A model generated the notes under the pieces. The model was not told the DNA's origin. It saw nothing but the letters and a program-made list of their open reading frames with translations, and ran no database searches. Shown here in pieces: positions 31,112-40,323 of a stretch of 64,000 bases of DNA (position 1 is its first letter; each line of letters starts with the position of its first letter). Source of the DNA: an uncultured Pseudomonadota bacterium. Lineage in GTDB: Bacteria > Oederibacteriota > Muellerivitia > Muellerivitales > Muellerivitaceae. The stretch is taken from contig CAVYRH010000010.1 of NCBI GenBank assembly GCA_963770835.1, positions 32,001 to 96,000 on the forward strand. The letters run 5' to 3'. A program made the position numbers and the translations under genes.

Positions 31112-31914
31112 GCTTCGGGCTCAAGTTTGGCGTTGACCAGCAAACGCCATTTTTGACTTTCCCGCGCTTGTTTCACCGGAAAGGCGGGGTGAAGCGGGCG
31201 GAATGGCGGGTCTTTCTTTCCAACCCAATCCGCCAATCCAATGCAAAGGTTTTTACCCCCGACTCGTTCCAGCAGCCATCCCAGGCGTTGCGCCGTGAGG
31301 ATGTCGTTGTGCCTTTTGACGGTGGCCAACAGTTTTTTGGCGTCCAGCCTTTCCGAGAGTTCTGAAAGCACCGTTATGACATTATCAAGCCCGCCAGCCC
31401 CCTTGGGATACCGGGCCAAATCCCAAGCGGTCGTTTCGGGGGTTGAGACTTTCTCGTATCCGGTGGGAGTCTTCATGTCGGTCGTTTCGGAGCAATCGAA
31501 GGGGCCTTTCCCGAAAAAACGGATTCGGAAATTTCCGATTTTAATGGGCCTCACCGACCGCGTGGGAACCATCACCTGGAATTCCTGCGGCTGGTGGTGG
31601 GCCGCGCCATAAAGCTGGGCCGCCGAGAGGAGCCCCACATAATAGGGCTTGCCCAGGTCTTTCATGAGATCATGAATGAACCATTCCGGGGGCAAGGCGC
31701 CCATGGAACGGTGCTGCGGGTCCACGATCACGTAAAAACCGGACCGGGGCATGATGAGGCGACCGGCCTTGACCAGACGATGAAGGGCCATATAGGTAGT
31801 CATGGGGGCTGTCATAAGGCGCTGTTGGGCTTCTTCCCGATGAAACGTATAGCGCCCATGCCCCAATAGGTCTTCGATATATCGTCCCGCCGAGGGTGAT
31901 TTTTTTGTTTTCAT
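31108..31914 (-). CDS. abiEi: AbiEi-family antitoxin
   Basis: GRYTF...GFYVIV..., YYVGLLSAAQLYGAAHHQPQEFQV, VSTPETTAWDL; 4-bp overlap with the toxin gene. Confidence 0.88.
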   Translation of the reverse strand: MKTKKSPSAGRYIEDLLGHGRYTFHREEAQQRLMTAPMTTYMALHRLVKAGRLIMPRSGFYVIVDPQHRSMGALPPEWFIHDLMKDLGKPYYVGLLSAAQLYGAAHHQPQEFQVMVPTRSVRPIKIGNFRIRFFGKGPFDCSETTDMKTPTGYEKVSTPETTAWDLARYPKGAGGLDNVITVLSELSERLDAKKLLATVKRHNDILTAQRLGWLLERVGGKNLCIGLADWVGKKDPPFRPLHPAFPVKQARESQKWRLLVNAKLEPEA

Positions 31915-32051
31915 TTCGGTTGCGGATTATAACGAAAAGTGTAAGGAATTGCGACCGGTTTATAGAACGATTTTTGCCGGAGGTCCATGACCAAATTAAC
32001 GTCAGTCGTTAGATTGGGCATACTACGTAAAAGACAATGATTTCGCATTCC

Positions 32052-32082
32052 GACCATACTGCGGACAGTCCGCAGTATGGTC
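32052..32082. promoter_or_regulatory. Perfect 15+1+15 palindrome upstream of abiEi
   Basis: GACCATACTGCGGAC-A-GTCCGCAGTATGGTC; function (operator or terminator) is inferred. Confidence 0.5.
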
Positions 32083-32110
32083 AACTAAGCTATTCCACAA
32101 AACCCATTGG

Positions 32111-32347
32111 CTATTTCCGCATGTTTTTGGGTTCTTTCCTTGGGTCGAAATGGGTCTTCCCGTCCTTGCTCATATGCCATGTGGTCATGACTTGGTTCAT
32201 ATTGAGGGGCAGGGCGTCTTCACCCGCCTTATTGACCAGGATCTTGTTGTGGTGGCGAAGGGTCCTATTCGCCAGGCGTTTATCCCACTTCTCGGATTCG
32301 GCGGTGGTAATTGCCCGAAAGGGGTTATGTTTCCTGGAGCGGCTCAT
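32111..32347 (-). CDS. Small basic hypothetical protein
   Basis: MSRSRKHNPF.AITTAESEKWDKRLANR..R...W.MSKDGK; GAGG upstream of the ATG. Confidence 0.65.
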   Translation of the reverse strand: MSRSRKHNPFRAITTAESEKWDKRLANRTLRHHNKILVNKAGEDALPLNMNQVMTTWHMSKDGKTHFDPRKEPKNMRK

Positions 32348-32528
32348 AGACGGCACCTCGCTAAAGCTATTTTGGCAAAGCCGGAAAAGATACCGCTGTT
32401 TTCCCTGCTTGTAAAGGTCGGCAGAAGGCTTTGAAAAACCATGCAGCCCTCGCCTGGATATTCAAGAACCCTTCAAACGGCATTTCATCCGCGATGAAAT
32501 GAAAAAGTGTATTCCAGCCTTTGTTTAC

Positions 32529-32627
32529 GCGCCTTTGCCCGTTCCGCGATGGCGACCCCCCCTATCTACGCATCAAGTAAGGATGCGAGAAACGATAGGG
32601 GGGGTCGCCCTCTTGGAACGGAGGCGC
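32529..32627. repeat. Structured repeat, copy 1 (long hairpin)
   Basis: GATGGCGACCCCCCCTATC-TA-CGCATC-AAGTAAG-GATGCG-AGAAAC-GATAGGGGGGGTCGCC with an outer stem; near copy at 34190-34282. Confidence 0.8.
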
Positions 32628-32674
32628 TTAAAACTGAAGTTAGGGGAAACGGAGAGAATGGAAGAAATGGTAAA

Positions 32675-33966
32675 GGGCACGTCTAAAAATTGGTTGTAGA
32701 GACGAAGTGAAGGAGGTACAAGGAGAAAACAGCGCGTGAAAACGCTGAAAAATCCTTGAACGAGGTGCCGCAATGGGCCAAACCGGATTCTTCGACCTTC
32801 AAGACCGCTTGAAATCCCTGGATGAAATGGGGGACCCGCTGGAAGCCTTGAACCGAGTAGTGCCCTGGGAGGATTTCCGCAGTATGTTGCGCAAGGCATT
32901 ACGCGATAAGGAACGCAAAAGCGAGGCGGGGCGTACCCCGTACGATGAAGTACTAATGTTCAAGGTGCTAGTTTTACAGGCCCTATACAACCTGGCGGAC
33001 GAAAGGACACAATTCCATATCCAGGACCGGCTGAGTTTCATGAGGTTTTTGGGGCTGGGTATGGATAAGGATGTGCCGGATGCCAAGACCATCTGGTTAT
33101 ACCGCAACAAGCTGGCCCAAGGCGGCTGGATTGACCAGTTGTTCGGGAAATTCAACCGGCACCTGGATCGGGTCGGGCTGAAGGCCCAGGAAGGGCAGAT
33201 CATCGATGCTTCGATAGTGGAAGTGCCCCGGCAGAGGAACACCAAAGACGAAAACGGCCAGATCAAGAAGGGGGAAACACCTCAGGAGTGGAAGGGGGAT
33301 ACCGATAAGATGAGGCAAAAAGACGTGGATGCGAGATGGGTGCAAAAAAACGGCGTGAATCACTACGGGTACAAGAACCATATCAACGTGGATAAGAAAC
33401 ACAAGCTGGTCCGGAAGTTTGAGGTGACGGCGGCTTCGGTACCCGACCGGGAGGTTTTCGAGGAGTTGTTGGACGTGGAGAACCGCAAGAAGGTGTGGGC
33501 AGACAGCGCATACCGGTCACAGAAGAAGAACAAGACCTTGAAGCGCAGGCGATATAACAACCAGATTCATTACAAGTCGAATCGGAATCATCCCATGACG
33601 GAGTTCCAGGAAAAGTTGAACAAGATGCGGTCCAAGGTTCGGGCGAGAGTCGAGCATGTGTTCGGGCACATGGAAACGGCGATGGGTGGAAACTGGTTGA
33701 GGGTGGTGGGCAAGGTGAGGGCCCGGATGAAGATAGGAATGCGGAACCTGGCTTACAACATGCAGCGATTTACGTACTTAATGGGACGAATGCGTCCGGA
33801 GGCAGTGAACGCATAGATTTTAAAGACTTTGGGGGCTAAGGAAAGGTTCTGGGAGTAGCCGAAGGGAGATTCCGGGCCAAAAATTTCCACGAACTCCTTT
33901 GGTTGAGGGTTGCAAACTGGTTTGAGGTGACCGTAAAGCCTTCAAACAGAATTTTTAGAGGTGCCC
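32675..33966 (+). mobile_element. IS5-family insertion sequence, 1292 bp
   Basis: 17-bp IRs GGGCACGTCTAAAAATT / AATTTTTAGAGGTGCCC (1 mismatch); TAAA direct repeat on both sides. Confidence 0.9.
32773..33816 (+). CDS. IS5-family DDE transposase
   Basis: MFKVLVLQALYNL.D, DRLSFMRFLGL, PDAKTIW, IIDASIV, DVDARW, YGYKNH, WADSAY, RARVEHVFG. Confidence 0.95.
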   Translation: MGQTGFFDLQDRLKSLDEMGDPLEALNRVVPWEDFRSMLRKALRDKERKSEAGRTPYDEVLMFKVLVLQALYNLADERTQFHIQDRLSFMRFLGLGMDKDVPDAKTIWLYRNKLAQGGWIDQLFGKFNRHLDRVGLKAQEGQIIDASIVEVPRQRNTKDENGQIKKGETPQEWKGDTDKMRQKDVDARWVQKNGVNHYGYKNHINVDKKHKLVRKFEVTAASVPDREVFEELLDVENRKKVWADSAYRSQKKNKTLKRRRYNNQIHYKSNRNHPMTEFQEKLNKMRSKVRARVEHVFGHMETAMGGNWLRVVGKVRARMKIGMRNLAYNMQRFTYLMGRMRPEAVNA

Positions 33967-34189
33967 TAAAGGGAGTTTGAGGAGGAGTCAGGGGCTGGTA
34001 GGGGTGGATTGGCGGGGTAGGTGAGAAGGAAATGATGTGAAGGTAGGTCATCGGAAATTAAGGGATTTGGGGCGTTGGAAACACTCGTGAAGTCGTAAAA
34101 GCTAATAGGGGATCGGAGAAAGTCACTGTTCCATGAAATTTCCGCGCCATGGAAGTCCAAAAATGGAATTTTTCTTTTGAATGGGCCGG

Positions 34190-34282
34190 TTTTACCACGC
34201 TCCGATGGCGAACCCCCCTATCTGCGTATCAAGTGAGGATACGAGAAACGATAGGGGGGTTCGCCCTCTACGCGTGGTAAAC
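34190..34282. repeat. Structured repeat, copy 2
   Basis: Same core as 32529-32627 with compensatory inner pair CGTATC/GATACG and a different outer stem TTTACCACGC/GCGTGGTAAA. Confidence 0.8.
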
Positions 34283-35146
34283 ATTGGAGATTAGGTAGTT
34301 GAATTGTTTAGAAGCAAGGTTGGAATAGGAAAAGGGACAGCAAAGAAAAACCGGAGCATGCATTCAGTGGTGGTAAGAGTGAAATGGCAGGGGTACTGGT
34401 TGATGAAGGTGGTAGTGGTTAGGGTTGTTTTGAATCAGGTGGGTAGTATGGGTTATGGCTGGTTAGAGCTGGTGGTTATTCCATCCTGGTAGCCTGGATT
34501 TTGCCGTTAGAGGCTCGTTTATGGGGGGAACGAAAAAGGGATGGTAAGAGGGAATCCTTTTTTCCTGGCTTTCCCCCTGGGCCAAGCTTCCCTCACAAAG
34601 ACCGTTCGGGTGATCTGGCCCATCACTTTTCACCAAAAAGAAGTTAATCCCCAAAGTGATAGTACCCAGACGAGGTCTGGGTGCACCCCTTTCCTAAAAA
34701 CCATCAAAACATTCAAGGAAGTTATAGCCGAGTGAAAAGCGAGCCTCGGGGCGGCCTAAAGGCCGCTACCTCCTGCGGGCCAAGGGAAGCCCGCCCTTCG
34801 CCCTCAGTTTTGCTCATGAAGCGCCAAAACCCGCCATGAGCACAAACTTTCCCCGGCCATAACAACTCGTTGACTCCGCTTTGGGCTATCGCCCGCCGTT
34901 CCGTCCATCCTTATCCCCGTGGTCGGCCCCCAAAATTTCGAGGGCCGCCCCCGGGGGATATTTCTTCTCGGAAAAGCGTTGGAAACATAAAAACCCAATT
35001 TTGAGTTTATTGAAAAAATGATTGAGGAAATATGGAAAATGGTGCTTAGGTTCCAATATTTATTTGAGGTGATGGGTGTAAAATATTTTGAGTTGAGTCG
35101 AAAAGATTAAAGTAACAACCCAAAAGAAGTGGCGGAATAATTATAG

Positions 35147-36058
35147 ATGCCCAATATTCATAAACTTGAATTTTTAAAAACTCTTGAGAATCGATTCCAT
35201 AAACTTCATAAGCTTTCTGATAGCCAATCCCAGTTCATTATCGGCGACGATGCAGCCCGTCTTTATATCCGGTATTCAAAAGTCCATTCCGGTGGCAGGA
35301 CTTTTTTCGGATTGCGGGCTGTGGACTTACGTCAACTTGAAGGCCACAATTCTTTTATTTGTTTTTTGCTGGATGATGGCTCCCAACCCATTTTTGTTCC
35401 ATATGCGGACTTCGAGGAACTTTTTCATAGCACTGAACCTGCAGGGGACGGACAATATAAGGTCCAACTTGTTTCCAACGAAGGTTCACGTGAGATGTAT
35501 ATCGCTCGGAAAGGGCGCTTTAATGTTGAGGGGTATGTAGGGTTTGAGTTCTTAACGAACAATTTAGATACAAAGAAACTCCGTACACCCAATGATTTCT
35601 CACATTCACAAATTCAATCATTGTTGGCGGGTATAGGGCATTTCAAAGGCTATGATGTTTTTTTGCCGAAAAGTGATGTTGGTAAGCTCGATTGGACTCA
35701 AACGAAGAAATTTTCTTTACTGTCTGAAATTCCAAAAGGTTTTGAGGAGATAAGACAGGTTTTATCGGAAATTGATGTTGTCTGGGTCGCAGCTGGGCGC
35801 AATACCATTGAGGGCCTCTACGAAGTAGAGCATTCAACTCCGGTTTACTCTGGGCTCTTGCGTTTCAATGATATGATTCTCACCGAACCCCGGATATCGC
35901 GTTTTTCTATCGTCTCAAATGATTCAAGACGCGATCTGTTTTCTCGCCAAATTAATAGGCCTACCTTTAAGAAAAGCGGCCTCACAGAACTCGTTAGTTT
36001 TCTGGAATACGAAAATGTTTTTGATTGGCATACTCGGTTATCGAGGGGGAAATCGTGA
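35147..36058 (+). CDS. Hypothetical protein with probable restriction-endonuclease-like PD-(D/E)XK C-terminal domain
   Basis: HSQIQSLLAGIG...GYDV, EIDVVW, YEVEHSTPVYSGLLRFND; AT-rich. Confidence 0.6.
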   Translation: MPNIHKLEFLKTLENRFHKLHKLSDSQSQFIIGDDAARLYIRYSKVHSGGRTFFGLRAVDLRQLEGHNSFICFLLDDGSQPIFVPYADFEELFHSTEPAGDGQYKVQLVSNEGSREMYIARKGRFNVEGYVGFEFLTNNLDTKKLRTPNDFSHSQIQSLLAGIGHFKGYDVFLPKSDVGKLDWTQTKKFSLLSEIPKGFEEIRQVLSEIDVVWVAAGRNTIEGLYEVEHSTPVYSGLLRFNDMILTEPRISRFSIVSNDSRRDLFSRQINRPTFKKSGLTELVSFLEYENVFDWHTRLSRGKS

Positions 36059-36231
36059 AAACTGTAAAAGCAAAGATTAAAAAAGGCGTATTGGAGATAA
36101 TCTCAATCCCAAAGGGTATCAAACTGGAAGTTGTCGAATGTGACAATGGAGAGATTTTGGAAATTGTTAAAAATGAAAAAACCGGAATGCCGCGCGAGGT
36201 GGTCTTGAGCAGTTTCAAACCCAGTAGGTAA
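36055..36231 (+). CDS. Small hypothetical protein coupled to the upstream gene
   Basis: GTGA overlap with the previous stop and GAGGGGG upstream; 58 codons. Confidence 0.45.
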   Translation: MKTVKAKIKKGVLEIISIPKGIKLEVVECDNGEILEIVKNEKTGMPREVVLSSFKPSR

Positions 36232-36541
36232 TTCACCAGGGCGTTGTAAAAACAATCACGGCGGGCGTATTCAACTCCCAGGCACAAAACAAAGAGTAGG
36301 AAATAACTTCTTTGGCTGTTCCTGCATTGGGTTGTGGCCAAGGTCAGTTAGAGGGACGGTGGTTGGCAATCTCCCCGCTGAACCGTCCACTAACGCAAAA
36401 CAGTCCTGAATCCCCCTGTTACCTAAAACGCGATTCGGTCAATAAAAGCCCAGCCTGAAAGAGTACTATTAATGGTATCAGTAAATGGTTTCGTGATACT
36501 ATTATGAGAACTTCTCCGAAAAGCACCAATACGAGGCAAAA

Positions 36542-37600
36542 ATGAAGTCTTTTGAACATGGATACTTGATAGATGCCCCCTTGGGGCACGCCCTCGGCAA
36601 ATCCCTGCGAGTATTGGGGGAATACAGGGGGCGGCAGGACTTGTACGCCGACCAGTCCCCTGAAGTCCTGGAAACACTCCGCCAAGCGGCCTTGATCCAA
36701 AGCGCGGAATCCTCCAACCGAATTGAGGGGATCACCGTTTCTCCCGAACGCTTGGCTCCCCTGGTTACGGGCAAGATTAAGCCCCAGGACCGCTCCGAGC
36801 AGGAAGTGTCCGGGTACAGGGACGTTTTGGCGGAAATCCACACCAACCATTCCCGCATGAAACTGACCACGGGGTTGATACTCGATTGGCACCGCCGTTT
36901 GTACAGGTACACCCCGGAAAAAGGCGGCCACTGGAAGCCCAAGGACAACGCCATCCTGGAAATGAAACCGGGGGGGAAATCCGCTATCCGCTTCAAGCCG
37001 GTTTCCGCACTCGCGACGCCCAAAGCAATGGAAAGGCTGGTGGAGGAATACCAAGGGTCATTGGAGGAAGCCAAGGTGGACCCGCTTCTTTTGGTGGCCT
37101 CCTTCATCTTGGACTTTGAGTGCGTCCATCCTTTTATGGACGGCAATGGAAGGATGGGGCGTCTCTTGACCCTGCTTCTTCTTTACCAGCAGGGTTATGA
37201 GGTGGGCCGCTACATCAGCTTGGAACGCGTGGTGGAGGAGAGCAAGGAGACCTATTACGAAGCGCTCTTCAAGAGTTCCAAGGGCTGGCACGAAGCCGAA
37301 CACGACTTGAAACCCTGGTGGGAGTATTTCCTGGGCATGATGACGGCCGCCTATGATGAATTCGAGGCCAGGGTCGGCACCATCACCAAGGCCAGGGGTG
37401 CCAAGCGGGAGATGGTGGAGAATGCCATCTTGCGGCTTCCCAACCGGTTCCAATTCGGGGATTTACAAAAAACCTGTCCCGGTGTCAGCTATCCCACCCT
37501 CAAAAGGGCCTTGGCGGATTTAAAAGCCAAAGGCCTAGTTCGATGCCTTGGAAAGGGCCGGGACGCTGTTTGGGAAAAAAGGGGAAATGCCCCCAAATAA
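36542..37600 (+). CDS. Fic family protein with C-terminal HTH-like region
   Basis: HPFMDGNGRMGR Fic motif; SNRIEG inhibitory-type motif. Confidence 0.93.
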   Translation: MKSFEHGYLIDAPLGHALGKSLRVLGEYRGRQDLYADQSPEVLETLRQAALIQSAESSNRIEGITVSPERLAPLVTGKIKPQDRSEQEVSGYRDVLAEIHTNHSRMKLTTGLILDWHRRLYRYTPEKGGHWKPKDNAILEMKPGGKSAIRFKPVSALATPKAMERLVEEYQGSLEEAKVDPLLLVASFILDFECVHPFMDGNGRMGRLLTLLLLYQQGYEVGRYISLERVVEESKETYYEALFKSSKGWHEAEHDLKPWWEYFLGMMTAAYDEFEARVGTITKARGAKREMVENAILRLPNRFQFGDLQKTCPGVSYPTLKRALADLKAKGLVRCLGKGRDAVWEKRGNAPK

Positions 37601-38011
37601 GGGTAATATCAATTCTTGCAGTTTTAGCGCCAGCCAACCCTGATTTTCCAATCCGGTCAGAAACAACTTAAGGGTTGGCTGGCAGTTTCCCTCCCGCATT
37701 TCGCCAAAATCACCTTCTAAAAAACACCGATACTTCCTCCTGTTTTTCACATTTCAATCCATTTCAAAATGAGCGCGGTTGGTTAAAAGGTACCTTATAA
37801 GGTCGTTTTATGAAATTTGGCCTATTGGTAAGCTTTTAAAAAACACCTAGAAAACTCTACGTGTTTTAAAAACCAGGTTTCTGGTAGATTCCAAAACTGT
37901 GTCCTTTGGAAAATAGGTCCATAAAAGGCCCTTTTTTATTTTCGCCGTCTTTTGTAGTTTTGGCCGGAAACAGCATTTTTTGATGAGCCTGGATTTTTAA
38001 TGGGAGGAAAT

Positions 38012-38287
38012 ATGGGTGAACGGAGAAAAGGGGAAAGAAGGCGGGGAGGCCAGGACAGGCTTTTAACCGACCGGGAAGTGGCGGACATGGCGGGTGTTTC
38101 GCCGAACACCGTCAAGTATTGGCGGCAAACGGGAACCCTCCCCTTCGTGAAGGTGGGACGGCACCCGAGGGTATGGCGGTCCGTTTTTCAAAAACTATTT
38201 CATAGGCCCCGCCCCAACGGCCCCTGGGAACCTTGGGAAGAAAATGATAAACTGCCCAACGCTGGTGACATTAGGAGGAAGCGATGA
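38012..38287 (+). CDS. Excisionase-like helix-turn-helix protein
   Basis: LLTDREVADMAGVSPNTVKYWRQTGTLPFVKVGRHPR; ATGA overlap with the integrase. Confidence 0.85.
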   Translation: MGERRKGERRRGGQDRLLTDREVADMAGVSPNTVKYWRQTGTLPFVKVGRHPRVWRSVFQKLFHRPRPNGPWEPWEENDKLPNAGDIRRKR

Positions 38288-39381
38288 GCAGGCCTAATGT
38301 TCACGGATTGCCCCAGTATCTCCGAAAGGATGATGCCGGGTATTACTTGGATTATTCCCTAAGGGAAGGGGGTAAAAGAACCAGGAAGAGGGTCCGGTTG
38401 GGGCTCATTCCATATGTCCAAGCCAAGAAAATTTTGGCGGAAAATATGGCGGAGATCGCGTCGGGAAAGTTCCTGATGAGTGAAAAACCGGAGGCGACGT
38501 TCACGGAAGCGGCAGATTCGTTTTTGGCCTACTCCCAGGCCAGGAAGAAGACCTTCAGGAACGACAGCCTGATGATCAACAGGCTCAAGGCCCGTTTTGG
38601 AGACAGGCCCTTGAAGAGCTTGAACGCCGACGCCATTGAGTTGTATTTGAGTGAACGGCGGAAGGTCGGCCACCTTAAGTTTGGAAAGCCGCTTTCCAAC
38701 AACACCCTCAATGGGGAACTCCGGTTGATTAAGTCGATCATCAATCGGGCCGTCTCGAACGGTTTATTGGAGAAGAGCCTGATTAAGAGTGTCCGGGGTT
38801 TCAAGGATGTGAGCCGGGACCGCACTTTGACACAGGAGGAATACGAGGCGCTCTTGGGCCGTTGTTCACCCCGCCTTGCCGTCATCGTCCAGTTGGCTTA
38901 TTGGACGGGCATGAGGAGGGGCGAGATTTTGGGCCTAAGGTGGGACCAGGTCGATTTTAAGAACAGGGTCATCACCTTGGATGCCTCGGACACCAAGACC
39001 CAGGAGAAGCGGGAAGTTCCGTTGACGGGGGAGCTGGTTGGCCTCATCCAACGGACGCCCAGGACCTTGGGAAACCCCTACGTTTTCACTTACCAGGGGA
39101 AGCGCATCAAGAACATCAAAACCGCTTTTTGGAGCGCCGTCCGCGCGGCGGGGATTAAGGATTTCAGGTTCCACGATCTCCGGCATTGCGCGGTGACCAA
39201 CCTTCGAAAGGCGGGAGTGAGTGATTCGGTCATCATGTCCATTTCGGGCCATAAGACCTACGCCATGTTCAAACGGTACAACCGGATCGACCGGGAGGAC
39301 CGCTTGGAGGCGTTGGAGAGGTTGGCCCGCCTCAAGGACAGAAATAGGACAGGGGCCGAAACGGAGTTAGGTTCAAAGTAA
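38284..39381 (+). CDS. Tyrosine recombinase/integrase
   Basis: TGMRRGEI, TKT, FHDLRH, SGHKT, RY catalytic set; adjacent to the att repeat. Confidence 0.95.
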   Translation: MSRPNVHGLPQYLRKDDAGYYLDYSLREGGKRTRKRVRLGLIPYVQAKKILAENMAEIASGKFLMSEKPEATFTEAADSFLAYSQARKKTFRNDSLMINRLKARFGDRPLKSLNADAIELYLSERRKVGHLKFGKPLSNNTLNGELRLIKSIINRAVSNGLLEKSLIKSVRGFKDVSRDRTLTQEEYEALLGRCSPRLAVIVQLAYWTGMRRGEILGLRWDQVDFKNRVITLDASDTKTQEKREVPLTGELVGLIQRTPRTLGNPYVFTYQGKRIKNIKTAFWSAVRAAGIKDFRFHDLRHCAVTNLRKAGVSDSVIMSISGHKTYAMFKRYNRIDREDRLEALERLARLKDRNRTGAETELGSK

Positions 39382-39436
39382 TTATTTTTGTTGTAGCGTA
39401 AAGGTTTTAGAGGGGCGACGGTTTGAATTCCGATTT

Positions 39437-39482
39437 CTGTCACGCAGGAGGTCGCGGGTTCGAGCCCCGTCAACCCCGCCAT
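39437..39482 (+). repeat. Right att site (duplicated 3' half of tRNA-Asp)
   Basis: 46-bp identity to 27548-27593. Confidence 0.95.
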
Positions 39483-39487
39483 ATATG

Positions 39488-39526
39488 CAAAAGCCCCTAA
39501 ACATTTTCTTGTTTAGGGGCTTTTTT
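39488..39526 (+). terminator. Original tRNA-Asp terminator
   Basis: AAAAGCCCCTAAACA-TTTTCT-TGTTTAGGGGCTTTT followed by Ts. Confidence 0.75.
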
Positions 39527-39809
39527 GTTTATGGTGGGTTGACGGGGCGAGAACCCGTGGGAAGGGTTCGGGAAACGGGAGTTTCCCGGTCGTTCAAGGG
39601 ATACACAAGGGTGTTTTCCCTTGTGAGCGCGTCAGCGCGGTTCGATTACCCCGTCTCGCCATTCCATGTTTGTGGTTCGATTGCACCCTGGGAAGGGTTC
39701 GGGGCAACCGTGGTTTCCCGGTTCCTCCCAAGATAAATTCCGGACCTTTTAAAAATTCCAAACTGTAAAATGGCATCGATTGTTTTTCATCATGTATTAA
39801 GGAGGGCTT

Positions 39810-40148
39810 ATGAAAAATTGTCCATCCTGCGGGGTCCTGAACGACGACGACAGCAAGTCCTGCGATAAATGCGGGCGGTCCCTCCCGAAAGTTGAGCCCC
39901 TCTCCCACGCCCACATCGACGATTACCTGGTTCCGGCCATCCTGGGGACGATCTTTTGCTGCCTGCCCTTCGGAATCGTCTCCATTGTCTACGCGGCCCA
40001 GGTCGGCGGGTTCATCCGAAGCGGAAACATCCGGGAGGCCCAGATCACCGCGGAGAAGGCCAAGTCCTGGTTTTGGATATCCTTCTGGTGCGGTATGGCA
40101 GCAGTCCTTCTCACAGTATTGGCCAAGGCCTGCTCGGGGGCTTCCTAG
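39810..40148 (+). CDS. Zinc-ribbon + CD225/dispanin family membrane protein
   Basis: CPSCG..CDKCG; YLVPAILGTIFCCLPFGIVSIVYAAQV; AAGGAGG RBS. Confidence 0.85.
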   Translation: MKNCPSCGVLNDDDSKSCDKCGRSLPKVEPLSHAHIDDYLVPAILGTIFCCLPFGIVSIVYAAQVGGFIRSGNIREAQITAEKAKSWFWISFWCGMAAVLLTVLAKACSGAS

Positions 40149-40323
40149 TCCAAGGGAAGTAGGACGGTCCCTTCGAAGTTGAACTTTCCTTATACCGTTC
40201 AACCCAAGGCATTTTCAAAGTCGTCCTACTTTTTCCACAGTCGGCGGTTTTAAGTGGTACCTTTTTATTAACCAAAGGTTAATATAACTTCTTGTGAAAC
40301 CATTTGAGGCGGCCGGGAGCTCT

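Larger units (their letters stand above)
27548..39482. mobile_element. ~11.9-kb integrative genomic island in tRNA-Asp
   Basis: Identical 46-bp direct repeats at 27548-27593 and 39437-39482 (tRNA 3' half); tyrosine integrase and excisionase next to the right repeat. Confidence 0.93.

Noticed and set aside
32548..32610. Hammerhead ribozyme or group II intron domain V in the structured repeat
   Set aside because: GAAAC is present but the CUGANGA core is absent on both strands, and there is no domain V consensus or RT gene.
39411..39436. tmRNA-like 5' end (GGGGCGACGGTTTGAATTCCGA)
   Set aside because: Resemblance is limited to a few bases, with no tag ORF or matching 3' end; it is island-end sequence.
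39437..39482. Second tRNA-Asp gene
   Set aside because: Only the 3' half is present, with no D arm or 5' acceptor strand; it is the att duplication.
27548..39482. Prophage
   Set aside because: No terminase, capsid, tail or lysis genes recognised.
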